NCBI GenBank assembly: GCA_963806035.1
Contig: CAWDWO010000013.1
Span: forward strand, 1-64,000
Reading direction: 5' to 3'
DNA length: 64,000 nt
Source: Candidatus Krumholzibacteriota bacterium
GTDB taxonomy: Bacteria > Krumholzibacteriota > Krumholzibacteriia > JAJRXK01
Made by a program: the position numbers and the translations under genes. Under the pieces are notes generated by a model. That model was given only the letters and a program-made list of their open reading frames with translations. It was not told the DNA's origin and ran no database searches. Below are positions 39,664 to 50,033 of the stretch, piece after piece (the first letter of the stretch is position 1; every line of letters begins with the position of its first letter).

Positions 39664-41223
39664 ATGGTTTCCATTCCGCTCCTGTATTTTCTCGTCTCCG
39701 TCTCCGGTGCGAGCGTGCTCTGCCTGGAAATTCTCGGCACTCGCATCCTGGGTCCCTTCTTCGGGGTCTCCCTGTACCTCTGGTCGGCTCTGATCACGGT
39801 CACCCTGGCCGCCCTCAGTCTGGGCTACGCACTGGGCGGGCGCTACGCCGACCGCGGCCCGAAGCTCTCCCGCATGGCCGGGCTCTTGGCCCTGGCGGGA
39901 CTCTGGGTCCTCCTCGTTCCCTGGCTCAAGCATCCAATCCTGCGAGTCACGGGGCCTCTGGATCTGCGCGCGGCGGTGCTGGGGTCGGCCGTGGTCCTCT
40001 TCGCGCCACCCTTGGTTCTCTTGGGGATGGTCACGCCCTATGCTCTGCGACTCAAGGCGCGTTCGGTGGAGCGCGTCGGTCGGGACGCCGGCAATCTCTA
40101 CGCGGTTTCCACCATCGCCAGCGTGATCAGCGCGCTGGCCACGGGATTCTGGCTCATTCCGTACCTGGGCGTGCTGCGTCTCACCCTGCTGGTAGCAGTG
40201 ATTCTCCTCTTGAGCGCCTCCTACGCATTTTGGCGGGCGCGCAAGGAGGGCGCGCGCGCGGACGCCGTGCTCGCCGCCGCGCTCTCCCTGCTCGCGGCCC
40301 TGGGGGGAGGAGCGAGCTTGACCCACGCTCGCGCTCTTCCGCCGGGTCTGCTCTGGCTGCACGACTCTCCCTACTCGGAAATCCGCGTCCTGGACCGTCC
40401 GGATGGGACCTATCTCCTGCTCGACGGCGGGGTGCACACCATTGCCGGCTTTGGCATGGGGGAGAGCCACCACCGTTACGTTCCGGTATTGGAATCCTGC
40501 GAACTCATGCACCCCACGCCGGGGCGCATGCTTCTCTTGGGACTCGGAGGCGGCGTGGTCGTCCAGGCCTATCATCAGGCGGGATGGAAGATCGAGGCGG
40601 TGGAGATCGATCCGAGCGTGGTCGAGGCGGCGCGCCAGTACTTCGGGCTGCGCCCGCAGGACGCCACCATCGTCGTCGATGACGCGCGCCACTTCTTGCG
40701 CGAGAGCAACGAAAAGTGGGATCTCATCCTGGTGGATGCCTTCGGTTCGTCCTCCATTCCCTTCCACCTGGTGAGCAAGGAGTTTTTCGCGCTGGCCAAG
40801 GAACATCTCACTTCCCAAGGCATCCTGGCCATGAACGTCGAATGCCGGCAGTGGTACGACCCTCTGGTCGCCTCGGTGGGGATGACCATGGAGCAGGAAT
40901 TTCCCAAGGTCTGGGCGCTGCCCACTCAGGAGCCACCCAACACCCTGGGGAACGTGGTGCTGTTGGGCCTAGCGGATCCGGACTTCGAACTTCCCGAGGA
41001 CAAACTCCCGCGGCCGCTCGACTTCGTCAACGACGACTACGAGCACTGGCGCGTGGTGCAGATGAATCATGCCTGGGACAATCGCTTCGATCCCGCTGAG
41101 CTCAACAACGGTCAGATCTTGAGCGACGACCGCAATCCGGTGGATCTGTGGTCGAATGCGGTCAACCGCGCGGCGCGCGTGGAGTTGAGGAAGTTTTTTG
41201 GAGATTCTCCCCTGCTGCGCTGA
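39664..41223 (+). CDS. Fused membrane/spermidine-synthase-like methyltransferase
   Basis: TM region (LEILGTRIL..FG.S); LGLGGG, VEIDP, DLILVDAF, SDDRNP. Confidence 0.88.
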   Translation: MVSIPLLYFLVSVSGASVLCLEILGTRILGPFFGVSLYLWSALITVTLAALSLGYALGGRYADRGPKLSRMAGLLALAGLWVLLVPWLKHPILRVTGPLDLRAAVLGSAVVLFAPPLVLLGMVTPYALRLKARSVERVGRDAGNLYAVSTIASVISALATGFWLIPYLGVLRLTLLVAVILLLSASYAFWRARKEGARADAVLAAALSLLAALGGGASLTHARALPPGLLWLHDSPYSEIRVLDRPDGTYLLLDGGVHTIAGFGMGESHHRYVPVLESCELMHPTPGRMLLLGLGGGVVVQAYHQAGWKIEAVEIDPSVVEAARQYFGLRPQDATIVVDDARHFLRESNEKWDLILVDAFGSSSIPFHLVSKEFFALAKEHLTSQGILAMNVECRQWYDPLVASVGMTMEQEFPKVWALPTQEPPNTLGNVVLLGLADPDFELPEDKLPRPLDFVNDDYEHWRVVQMNHAWDNRFDPAELNNGQILSDDRNPVDLWSNAVNRAARVELRKFFGDSPLLR

Positions 41224-41257
41224 TCAGGGGCATGCCACAGCGCCGGGAGAGCTCGGC

Positions 41258-41623
41258 TCAGTGCATGGGCTTGACCTCGCCGGTCTCCTCGACCTCCACC
41301 GTCCACCCCTCCAGCTGCTTGGGGATGCGCTCTTCCACCTCCGGGGTGGCCGCAACCACGCCCACTTTGATACAGGCCTCGCCCTCGGTGTCGACCCCCG
41401 CGTAAATCATGGTGACGCCGGGAATGGCCAGGATTTCCTGATCGTGATCCGCCAGGACCTCGTTGATGGGACGCCGCTGGCTCATCTTGACCTCCTGCCC
41501 TGGGTTGGAGCCTCGGCTCGCATCCTTCGATTGGCAGGCGCCCAGCAGGAGGGCGAGCGCGAACAGGACCAAGATCCACGGAATCGCGGCCCGTGCGCGC
41601 GCGGTTCGTGCCAAAGAGTTCAT
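41258..41623 (-). CDS. Small lipoprotein resembling a protease pro-domain
   Basis: LGAC; ILAIPGV...IP..LEG..V.VEETGEV. Confidence 0.75.
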   Translation of the reverse strand: MNSLARTARARAAIPWILVLFALALLLGACQSKDASRGSNPGQEVKMSQRRPINEVLADHDQEILAIPGVTMIYAGVDTEGEACIKVGVVAATPEVEERIPKQLEGWTVEVEETGEVKPMH

Positions 41624-41743
41624 CGACGACCTCCTGGATGCGAGCCTCTCCGGGATAGAATAGCAGAACGCCTGCCCCGGGGGGACAGGCGTTCATGCCT
41701 TTGGGAGCCACGCTGGGCGTGGCGCGTATCATTCGACCTGGTT

Positions 41744-42898
41744 CTAGTTGCCGACCATCGTCGCGTTCAAGAAGCCTAGCACATCGTCGATGGGGTTGGC
41801 AATCGCCGCCGAACGGCTACCCGCGAACAGCAAACCCACCGCGCGCGGATTGTTGCTGACGTCTTCGACCATGAGAGAGCCGCTGTCCCCGCTGTCGAGG
41901 AAGCTCGAGTGCTTCTGGCCGACCACGATTTGGCCGGTGTAGGTCTTGGTGAAGGCCGTACCGCCGGCGCACTCGTTCTCGTAGCTGATGCTCACGCTGG
42001 CGTTGAGACCGCTCACCGTGGAGCGCGAGAGACCGGTCGTGCGGCCGCTCTTCTTGACGTTCTGACCCACGAAGGCGGCCACGGTCTGGCTGCTCAGGGT
42101 CCCGATCTCGAGGATCGAACCGTCGCTCTTGACCATGCCCGGAATGACCTGCGCCACCGCGCAGTCCACGTTGTTGTTGGGCAAGGAGTGCTTGAGCGAG
42201 AGCGTGGCGACCGCCTGCGCGCTTGCGGCGCTGCAGTTCACGTCGATTAGACCCGGCTGGATGATGGGATCGCCATTTTGGGCGGTACGGTTGTTACCGC
42301 CGCTGACGATGTCCGCCTCAAACACGTGCCAGTTGGAAAGCACGTACTGGCTGCCACCGATCTGGATCAAGGAGCCGAGGGTACCGCCGCAGCAGTAACC
42401 GTTGGCCAGGTCATAGGACCAGCCACCAGAAGTGCCGAGCTCGATGGGAGGAGTCTGGATGGCCGTGTGGCTCACACCGCCACCGCCGCCACCGTGTCCG
42501 CCACCGCCACCGCCGCCGCCCGGAGGGCCTTTCATGGCGACGAGATGACCCACCACCATCTGCTGCACTTTCAAACCCTGAATGCGGGCCGGGAAAGTGG
42601 TGGAGGGTACCGCAGTCTCAGTGAGCACGAGGAGCACCGGTGCGCCGTTGTCGTCGACACCCGTCGCGGTTCCCACGACTCTGTCGGTCGCCATGAGCAC
42701 CGGCGTGTTCTTGAGCTGAATGTCCATCGCCGACTGCATGGCGGGGTTGGTCCGGCCGTACAGCTGAGAAAGTTCAGCCTGGTTCTGGTTTTGCGGTCCG
42801 GTGAGATTGCTCGAGTCGTTCGAGCAGCCCACCCAGGCCAAGGAAATGATGAGCAGAACAGCGAGAATTCCGCTCATCCTGCGACGGTTCATCTGCAT
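41744..42898 (-). CDS. Trypsin-like (S1/Nal1-type) serine protease lipoprotein
   Basis: VGC lipobox; GTLG, SNWHV, VDCAVA, KSGRTTG, GDSGS. Confidence 0.85.
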   Translation of the reverse strand: MQMNRRRMSGILAVLLIISLAWVGCSNDSSNLTGPQNQNQAELSQLYGRTNPAMQSAMDIQLKNTPVLMATDRVVGTATGVDDNGAPVLLVLTETAVPSTTFPARIQGLKVQQMVVGHLVAMKGPPGGGGGGGGHGGGGGGVSHTAIQTPPIELGTSGGWSYDLANGYCCGGTLGSLIQIGGSQYVLSNWHVFEADIVSGGNNRTAQNGDPIIQPGLIDVNCSAASAQAVATLSLKHSLPNNNVDCAVAQVIPGMVKSDGSILEIGTLSSQTVAAFVGQNVKKSGRTTGLSRSTVSGLNASVSISYENECAGGTAFTKTYTGQIVVGQKHSSFLDSGDSGSLMVEDVSNNPRAVGLLFAGSRSAAIANPIDDVLGFLNATMVGN

Positions 42899-43171
42899 GG
42901 AGTCATCCTCCTCCAGTGGCGAGAGAAATTGTTCTGAAGGAATACGAGACTCCGATTAGATCACTTGTTCGAATTCGCTGTCAAGGGCTCGACTGCGGCT
43001 AAACGGGCTCCGACAATGATTTTATAGAGGACCCGAATCTTTTCCTTTCCGTTCTCCGTGCTTGGAGGCACTCTTGTGGACGTGGCGTGAGGGGGTACGG
43101 TCGATTGACTCCTCACGCGAGGCAGACGAATCGGATTGTTGGAAAACCCTCGGCGCTAAGGGCATTAGGTC

Positions 43172-44641
43172 ATGAATCGTTGGCACGGTCTCGTACTTTC
43201 CCTCCTCCTTGCAATTCTCTGCTTGGCGCCCGCGGCTTCGGCTCAAGTAGAAGGTCCTCATCTCGGGTTTTCGGCCCAGGGCGGGGGCAATTTCTGGACG
43301 GGAGGGAAGCCGCTGGAGAACGATCTCATCTACGGCGGCCGCCTGGCGCTGATGCCCTGGTCGCGAGTGGGGGTCGAGGGCACAATCGAATTGCACCCGA
43401 CCCAGCGCGCGGGAGGCAACGACTTCCGGGTGACGCATCTGAGCGCGGACGCCATCGTCGAAATTCTGCCCTTTCACCGTCTCAATCCTTATCTCACCGC
43501 GGGGCTCACGCGACTTCATGTCGACGACCTGGGAGCGGGCGAGGAAAACTGGAACGGGTGGGAAATCGGGGGCGGTCTGCTCGTGGCTCTGGCGAACGCC
43601 GAAGGCAGGCAGGTCGACCTGAGATTGGACTTGCGGCGCGTGGTCAGCGAACGCAAGAACGCCGGACCCAACGACGACAACTTTCCCACCAATTGGATTG
43701 CCACCCTCGGCCTGCGCTTCGCCCTCGGCGCCAACCCCGCCGACGGCGATGCGGACGGAGTGCCCGACCGTAGCGATCGCTGCCCGGGAACTCCGCGCAT
43801 GGCGTTGGTCGATCAGTACGGCTGCCCCACTGATGGCGACAACGACGGAGTCTTCGATGGTCTCGACCGCTGTCCGGACACGCCCCAGGGCGCGAAAGTG
43901 GACGAGGAAGGTTGTCCGATCGATAGCGACGGCGACGGCGTCTACGATCTCTTGGATCGTTGTCCCGACACTGCTCCTGGCGTGCCGGTGGACGAGATGG
44001 GATGCGCGCTGGACGCGGATCAGGATGGCGTGCCCGACGGCATCGATCGCTGTCCTGACACCAAAGAGGGCGAACAGGTCGACAAGTGGGGCTGCGAGGT
44101 GGACAACGACGGCGACGGCGTGCCCGATCGTATTGATCGCTGTCCGGGGACGCCGCCCAACATCGCGGTGGACGAGCGGGGCTGCCCCATTCCTCAGAGC
44201 GCGCGCGAAATACAGTTACTGGATACGGGCCTGTTGCGTTTGAACAACGTGCACTTCGAGAGCGCGAAAGCCGAGATCAAGCCCGAATCGTATCCCGCTC
44301 TGACCGACGTCGCGAAGATCCTGGTGAAGTGGCCCAGCTTGCGCATCGAAATCGGTGGCCATACCGATTCGCAGGGTTCGGCCGAATTCAACCAGAAGCT
44401 GAGCGAGGCGCGCGCGCAGGCGGTTTTCAACTGGCTGAACGAAAACTTCCCGCAGCTGCGCGCGGAGCAGTTCCTGATTCGCGGTTACGGTGAGAGCCAG
44501 AGCATCGCGGACAACTCGACGGCAGAGGGTCGCGCACTCAACCGTCGCGTGGAATTCAAGGTCCTCAATCGGGAGGTCTTGCGCCACGAGGTTCCGCTGA
44601 ACCCGGAAGAGGGTTCGAAAATCGACCGTAAGAAGCCTTGA
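43172..44641 (+). CDS. OmpA-family outer membrane protein with TSP3-like Ca-binding repeats
   Basis: N-terminal barrel; D.D.DGV.D..DRCP.T repeats; GHTD, LSEARA, NRRVEF. Confidence 0.93.
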   Translation: MNRWHGLVLSLLLAILCLAPAASAQVEGPHLGFSAQGGGNFWTGGKPLENDLIYGGRLALMPWSRVGVEGTIELHPTQRAGGNDFRVTHLSADAIVEILPFHRLNPYLTAGLTRLHVDDLGAGEENWNGWEIGGGLLVALANAEGRQVDLRLDLRRVVSERKNAGPNDDNFPTNWIATLGLRFALGANPADGDADGVPDRSDRCPGTPRMALVDQYGCPTDGDNDGVFDGLDRCPDTPQGAKVDEEGCPIDSDGDGVYDLLDRCPDTAPGVPVDEMGCALDADQDGVPDGIDRCPDTKEGEQVDKWGCEVDNDGDGVPDRIDRCPGTPPNIAVDERGCPIPQSAREIQLLDTGLLRLNNVHFESAKAEIKPESYPALTDVAKILVKWPSLRIEIGGHTDSQGSAEFNQKLSEARAQAVFNWLNENFPQLRAEQFLIRGYGESQSIADNSTAEGRALNRRVEFKVLNREVLRHEVPLNPEEGSKIDRKKP

Positions 44642-44694
44642 TCGTGGAGAATTGAGCGCGACGGGAGTTTCTGAATTCCAAAAGGAGATCTGCC

Positions 44695-45108
44695 ATGGCC
44701 GTTCAGATTTCGCGCGTCGATTATTACTATGCCAGCACCGAAGACAGACCGGGTGCGACCTATCAGATCTTGCACGCATTGGCGGAGGCCGGCGTGAACA
44801 TGCTCGCGTTCAGCGCGATGCCGGTGGGACCGAGCCGAGCCCAGCTCACGCTCTTTCCCGCCGAGAGCGACGGACTTCTGCGCGTGGCTCCGCGATTGGG
44901 TCTGAGCCTCTCTCAGCCGCAGCGAGCGATTCTGGTGGAAGGTGAAGACGAGCTGGGCGCCTTGGGTGAAGTGCATCGCAAACTCTACGATGCCAAGGTG
45001 AACGTCTTCGCTTCCAGTGGAGTCACCGCGGGATCGGGGCGCTTCGGCTATCTGTTGTACGTGAGACCGGAAGACTACGAACGCGCAGCCAGCGTCCTCG
45101 GCATCTAG
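44695..45108 (+). CDS. ACT domain protein
   Basis: DRPG...LAEAGVNM; D..GALG.V...L.DAKVNV. Confidence 0.78.
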   Translation: MAVQISRVDYYYASTEDRPGATYQILHALAEAGVNMLAFSAMPVGPSRAQLTLFPAESDGLLRVAPRLGLSLSQPQRAILVEGEDELGALGEVHRKLYDAKVNVFASSGVTAGSGRFGYLLYVRPEDYERAASVLGI

Positions 45109-45165
45109 GATGAGCAGCTGAGGCAAGGCGCTGCCGGGCGATGCGAGTTCGCTTGCCAGTGTGTG

Positions 45166-45504
45166 TCAGAAGGAGGCGAGCGCCTCTTTCTCACTCGGGT
45201 AGATCCCGATGACTTTGTCAAAGCGCGTGGTCGCGAAGATGTGGGCGATGCGTTCGTTGGGTTGGCACATCTTGATCGTGCCTCCTTCATCGCGCATGGC
45301 GTGGTAGACGGCCACGATGAATCCCAGCCCCGTCGAGTTGATCCATCTGAGTTCGGAGAGATTCAAGAGGATGCGCCGAGCACCGGCGTCGATGGTTTTT
45401 TGCACGCCTCCCTTGAAGGTCGCGTCATCCGCCGGACCGCCCCGCAGTTCTCCCAAAAGGTCGAAGATGACGACGTCGCCTTCGTCGCGTTGCCGCATAT
45501 CCAT
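45166..45504 (-). CDS. STAS-domain anti-sigma factor antagonist
   Basis: LLNLSELRWINSTGLG. Confidence 0.88.
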   Translation of the reverse strand: MDMRQRDEGDVVIFDLLGELRGGPADDATFKGGVQKTIDAGARRILLNLSELRWINSTGLGFIVAVYHAMRDEGGTIKMCQPNERIAHIFATTRFDKVIGIYPSEKEALASF

Positions 45505-45556
45505 GGGATTCCCTCCCTGTAACCAATTTCTTCTTCGAACAGAATAATAGTCCGCG

Positions 45557-46072
45557 CTAGTGCCCCAAGCCAAGCTCGCTCGACTTGCGCTCCCAGAGCT
45601 GGAAAGTGAACGCGGGGCCGCCTTCGCTCTCGGCCTCGTGAGCTTCCTCCCACGCGAGTTGCCACTCTCGCTCGGGCAGATCGGGGAAGCTCGCGTCTCC
45701 CTCGACTACGCAATGCACGCGTGTGAGATGCACTTTCCCTACCTGGGGAAGAGCCAGGCGGTAGATCTGAGCTCCCCCGACCACGAAAACCTCCTCCTCC
45801 TCGGCCGCCTCGCAGTGGGCCACCGCCTCCTCCCAGCTGTTTGCCACGCGGACGCCTTCGATGCTCAGATTCCGGTCGCGAGTGAGCACCACGGTTCTTC
45901 GCCCCGGCAGGGGGCGCCCCACCGAATCGTAGGTCGCCCGGCCCATGAGCAGGCAGTGCCCCATCGTGATCCGTTTGAAGCGCTTGAGGTCCGAGGAGAG
46001 GTGCCAGGGCAGCTCGCCGGCGTTTCCGATGATTCCGTTTTCGCTGACTGCCACGACGATGGTGAATTTCAT
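45557..46072 (-). CDS. folA: Dihydrofolate reductase
   Basis: IG....[22 protein letters not shown]. Confidence 0.95.
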   Translation of the reverse strand: MKFTIVVAVSENGIIGNAGELPWHLSSDLKRFKRITMGHCLLMGRATYDSVGRPLPGRRTVVLTRDRNLSIEGVRVANSWEEAVAHCEAAEEEEVFVVGGAQIYRLALPQVGKVHLTRVHCVVEGDASFPDLPEREWQLAWEEAHEAESEGGPAFTFQLWERKSSELGLGH

Positions 46073-46863
46073 ATCGAGACCGGAGCCGGGATGTGTGGAT
46101 GCGGCTGGTATCCCTCGAGCTGGAAATCCTCGTAGATGAAGTCGCCGAGTTCGGCCCGGGCCGGGTTCAGCTTCATGCGCGGCAGGGCCCGGGGCTCCCG
46201 TTCCAATTGTAGGCGAGCCTGATCGAAGTGATTCGCGTAGAGGTGCACGTCGCCAAAAGTGTGGATGAACTCTCCGGGCTGAAGGCCCGTGACCTGCGCC
46301 ACCATCAGCGTGAGTAAGGCGTAACTGGCGATGTTGAAGGGCACCCCCAAGAAGACGTCAGCGCTGCGCTGATAGAGCTGGCAGGAGAGCTTGCCTTGGG
46401 CCACGTAGAACTGGAAGAGGCAGTGACAGGGGGGCAGGGCCATCTGTTCGATCTGGCCCACGTTCCAGGCGCAGACCAGATGCCGGCGGCTGTCGGGATT
46501 TTCTCTGAGCCCCTGCAAGAGCCGGGCGATCTGATCGACGTGCCGCCCGTCCGGAGTGGGCCAGCTGCGCCACTGGTAGCCGTAGATGGGCCCGAGCTCG
46601 CCCTTTTCATCGGCCCACTCGTCCCAGATCCGCACCCGATTCGCGCGCAGATAGGCCAGGTTGGTATCGCCGCGCAGAAACCACAGCAGCTCGTGAATGA
46701 TGCTGCGCAGATGCAGCTTCTTGGTCGTCAGGAGAGGGAAGCCCTCCGCCAGATCAAAGCGCATCTGATGGCCGAAGAGCGATCGGGTTCCCGTGCCGGT
46801 CCGATCGGGCTTGTCCGTGCCTTCGTCGAGGATTTTCCGCAGCAATTCGAGATAGAGACGCAC
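46069..46863 (-). CDS. thyA: Thymidylate synthase
   Basis: [26 protein letters not shown]; 264 aa from GTG. Confidence 0.97.
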   Translation of the reverse strand: MRLYLELLRKILDEGTDKPDRTGTGTRSLFGHQMRFDLAEGFPLLTTKKLHLRSIIHELLWFLRGDTNLAYLRANRVRIWDEWADEKGELGPIYGYQWRSWPTPDGRHVDQIARLLQGLRENPDSRRHLVCAWNVGQIEQMALPPCHCLFQFYVAQGKLSCQLYQRSADVFLGVPFNIASYALLTLMVAQVTGLQPGEFIHTFGDVHLYANHFDQARLQLEREPRALPRMKLNPARAELGDFIYEDFQLEGYQPHPHIPAPVSI

Positions 46864-47047
46864 CGAGACTCTCGCAGAAAAGAGGGAGGAACTGGGGCCT
46901 TTGGCCTCGCCGGGCCCATGGTACGCGGAATTGGCGGTGACGGGCAAGCCGGCGATTGACGCTCGCCGGCAGCGGGCGTAGGCTTCGTTTTTGAACCACC
47001 CGGCTCTGTCCCGGGAGATCTCCAGCTCCGTCAAGGAGGACCATTCG

Positions 47048-47395
47048 ATGGCCCACATCGTCACCGCTCGTTGCATAGACTGCCGCTACACCGACTGTGT
47101 CGAAGCTTGTCCGGTCGATTGTTTTTGGGAGATTCAGGATCCTCACATGCTGGTGATCGACCCCGATACGTGTATCGACTGTACTCTCTGCGTCGAGGAG
47201 TGCCCGATCCGGGCGATCTGGCCCGAGGACGATCTTCCCGAGGAATACGCGGAATGGACGGACAAGAACCGCGACCTTTTCGAGGGTGGAACGAACATCA
47301 CCGAAATGAGTGGTCCGCTCGATGGCGCCAAGACTCTCGAGCAGATTCACGAGGAGGAAGAGGCGAAGGGCTGGGATATCGCCGACCCGGCCTGA
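47048..47395 (+). CDS. FdxA-type ferredoxin
   Basis: [29 protein letters not shown]. Confidence 0.9.
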   Translation: MAHIVTARCIDCRYTDCVEACPVDCFWEIQDPHMLVIDPDTCIDCTLCVEECPIRAIWPEDDLPEEYAEWTDKNRDLFEGGTNITEMSGPLDGAKTLEQIHEEEEAKGWDIADPA

Positions 47396-47435
47396 GGACC
47401 TCTCCGGGGTCGCCTCGCAGCTGATACCTTCGGGC

Positions 47436-48959
47436 TCAGTCCCGCAGCGGAAAGTCGCGCAGAGTGCCGCGCAGGGGATCGCCCACGCGCAGGCGGTGGT
47501 TGTTCGTGTCGCAGATGAGCAGCTCCTCGCCCCAGGAGTCCATCCCCTGCGGCTCGTGCAGCTCGCTCGCGTCGCCACTCCCCAAGAGCGTCTTCACCGC
47601 GAGGCTCTCCAGCTCGATGGCCTTGATCTTGTTGTTGAAAGTATCCGCCAGGTAGACCCATGGCTGCTTCTGGTCGAAGCCGACGCAGACATCCATGGGG
47701 TGCTGGAGACGCGCCTGAAGCCCGGTCCCGTCCCGGTCGCCAAAATCGAAAAGACCCTGGCCGGTGAGGGTCTCCACCTTCTGGCTCTCCAGATCGATGG
47801 CGCGAATGCTGGAGTCTTCGCTGTCGGCGACGAAGAGGTAGCGCCCCATGAGGGCCAGGCCGCTGGGCTGGGCGAAGGAGGCCTCGCGCAGCGGGCCGTC
47901 GCGGTGATCCTCCATTCCGTTGCCGGCGAAGGGACCGAAGATCTCCCGTTCAGGATCGAAGAGCCAGATCTGATGGCTCCCCGCCATGGCCACCAGGGCA
48001 ATTCCATCGCTCGTGCAGACATCCCAGGGAGAACGTAAGGCCATCTCGCCGGGCGCGGGGGAGACCCCGAGCGGCTCGCCGAGCCACAGCTTGCCCGATC
48101 CGGCCACGGCGCTGATTTCGCCCGAACTCAGCTCCACCCCCTTGAGCATGTGGTGGCCGGCATCGGCCACCAGGAGTTGATCCCCGAGCACGGCCATGCC
48201 TTTGGGCGCCAAAAATCGCAGAGGGCCGCTTTCGCCGAAGGCGCGCAGAACCTGCCCCTGTAGGGTGGCCTGCAGCACGCGGCGATGGCCGGTATCGGCG
48301 ATGTAGATGTGGTCCTCGTGGACCAACACCTTGCTGGGGAAGCGCAGGATACCGGGCGTCGAAGACGCTGGCGCCGCGTCTCGCGGCGCGCCTTTCGCCC
48401 GCGCGGCTCCGGGGGAGCGGGCAGCGGCCGGTTCGGCTTCGGCTTCAACCATGGCTGGCCGCGGCCGGTAGGGTGCGCCGGCCAGGGACCCGTCCTTCTC
48501 TCCCTCGGCCAAAAGTGCTTCGATCTTGGCCGCGAGTTCATCGACGCCGATTTCGCCGGGGAGGGTTTCACGCAGGCGTCCCTTGCTGTCGATCAAGGCG
48601 AGGGTGGGCCATCCCTTCACGCCGTACGCCCGCCACAGCTGGTGCTCGTTGTCGACCATCACGGGATTTCGGATCTCGTGTCGGGCGATCGCGGCGCGCA
48701 GGTTCTCGAGCTCGCGTTCGGCGTCGAACTTGGCGGAATGCACGCCCACCACCGACAGCGCTTGCTGCGCATAGCGCTGCTGCATCGCGTGCAGCACCGG
48801 CAGCATGTGCATGCAGTTGACGCAGCAATACGTCCAGAAATCCAGAATCACGACCTGTCCGCGCAATTCTTCGTCCAGGCGCAGCGCGTGCTCCGTGTTG
48901 AGCCAAGCCGCCGGGCTCGGAAAGGGGGGTGCGGATTCAAAATCCTTCGCCATGCTCAT
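47436..48959 (-). CDS. Thioredoxin-like plus NHL-repeat protein
   Basis: LDFWTYCCVNC, GVHSAKF, NHL repeats (ADSE, ADTFN, DTNNHR). Confidence 0.88.
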   Translation of the reverse strand: MSMAKDFESAPPFPSPAAWLNTEHALRLDEELRGQVVILDFWTYCCVNCMHMLPVLHAMQQRYAQQALSVVGVHSAKFDAERELENLRAAIARHEIRNPVMVDNEHQLWRAYGVKGWPTLALIDSKGRLRETLPGEIGVDELAAKIEALLAEGEKDGSLAGAPYRPRPAMVEAEAEPAAARSPGAARAKGAPRDAAPASSTPGILRFPSKVLVHEDHIYIADTGHRRVLQATLQGQVLRAFGESGPLRFLAPKGMAVLGDQLLVADAGHHMLKGVELSSGEISAVAGSGKLWLGEPLGVSPAPGEMALRSPWDVCTSDGIALVAMAGSHQIWLFDPEREIFGPFAGNGMEDHRDGPLREASFAQPSGLALMGRYLFVADSEDSSIRAIDLESQKVETLTGQGLFDFGDRDGTGLQARLQHPMDVCVGFDQKQPWVYLADTFNNKIKAIELESLAVKTLLGSGDASELHEPQGMDSWGEELLICDTNNHRLRVGDPLRGTLRDFPLRD

Positions 48960-49069
48960 CCTCTGCTTTGATTCTCTACTCGGTCTGGCGCTCGCGTTTC
49001 CAATTCGGTATCCTGGGCCTTCCAAGCGATCTGCTATTCATCCTCGTGACCCAGCGGAGGTTCTCAACT

Positions 49070-49333
49070 ATGTCCAAGGGCGGTGTTCTGGGTCTAGGCT
49101 TCACTCTCGCGGTGATTTTGTTGGCGGTCTTCGCGGTGCGCGGAGTGCGAAGAGTAAATTGTAAGGTCTGCGTGAGCTACGAGCAGCATACCGTCTGCCG
49201 CACCGGATCCGGCCGTAGCAAAGAGGATGCGGTCAAGTCGGCACAGCGCTCCTGTTGCGCGGAACTTGCCTCGGGAATGACCGAGAGCATCAAGTGCGAG
49301 AACCTGAAGCCGGACAGCGTCGACTGCGACTGA
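49070..49333 (+). CDS. Small Cys-rich membrane-anchored protein
   Basis: GGAGG RBS; N-terminal TM; seven Cys. Confidence 0.7.
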   Translation: MSKGGVLGLGFTLAVILLAVFAVRGVRRVNCKVCVSYEQHTVCRTGSGRSKEDAVKSAQRSCCAELASGMTESIKCENLKPDSVDCD

Positions 49334-49366
49334 CGCGCGAAGAAATCTCGCCCGTGGGCGGAACAC

Positions 49367-50026
49367 TCAGAGCTTGGTTCCAAAGCCGAGTCCGACGTTC
49401 ACTCCCACCGGAAACGTTCCGATCCCCAGACTGAACGCAAATCCGCTTTCCGTATAGAGTACCGCGCCAAGCTCCACCACGAACTTCATCGTATCGCGAT
49501 CTGGTGCGTCGATCCACAGCCTGCCGTCGGGTCCGGCCGCGGGCCGCAGGGCGTCCTTGTATTGGGTGAAGTTGTGTGAGCGCATGAATCCGACGCCACC
49601 GTAGGTGTAGAACTGGCGACTCATGCGGCGGGTGAGGCCCGCGCGTCCTCCGCCCCAATCGCGCACGGTCTTCTCGGGGACCCCTCCCAAGAGGCCTTCC
49701 ACCGTCGAGCGGTCCAGGTCTTTGTAATAATAGGTCTCGTCAGAGGTGCTGCTGGTGGCGATCCAGAGGGAGCCGTATCCGCCCCAACCCTGCGCGGGAA
49801 CGTAGTGGACCGCCGCGCCGATCAAGGGTTCCGGAGCAGAGAACATGATGTGCAGGGCCCAGATGTGCTTTGGTCCCTCTTGCACCGGCGGACGGCGCAG
49901 CGGCATGGGACGGCTCTGGGCCCACGCGATGGCTGGCACGACCGTCAGCAGCCCGAGAGCTACGATTCCCAGCGCGAACGCGCGGCAAGAGAGAGGAAGA
50001 CCGGGCTTGCAGGGCGTCGTTCGCAT
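49367..50026 (-). CDS. Probable outer-membrane beta-barrel protein
   Basis: Signal peptide (AWA); alternating Gly/aromatic strands. Confidence 0.6.
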   Translation of the reverse strand: MRTTPCKPGLPLSCRAFALGIVALGLLTVVPAIAWAQSRPMPLRRPPVQEGPKHIWALHIMFSAPEPLIGAAVHYVPAQGWGGYGSLWIATSSTSDETYYYKDLDRSTVEGLLGGVPEKTVRDWGGGRAGLTRRMSRQFYTYGGVGFMRSHNFTQYKDALRPAAGPDGRLWIDAPDRDTMKFVVELGAVLYTESGFAFSLGIGTFPVGVNVGLGFGTKL

Positions 50027-50033
50027 AAGAGGA

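Noticed and set aside
42476..42525. CCG/CCA microsatellite
   Set aside because: It encodes the poly-Gly linker of the protease.
43740..44190. Tandem DNA repeats in the OmpA gene
   Set aside because: These are ordinary TSP3-like coding repeats.
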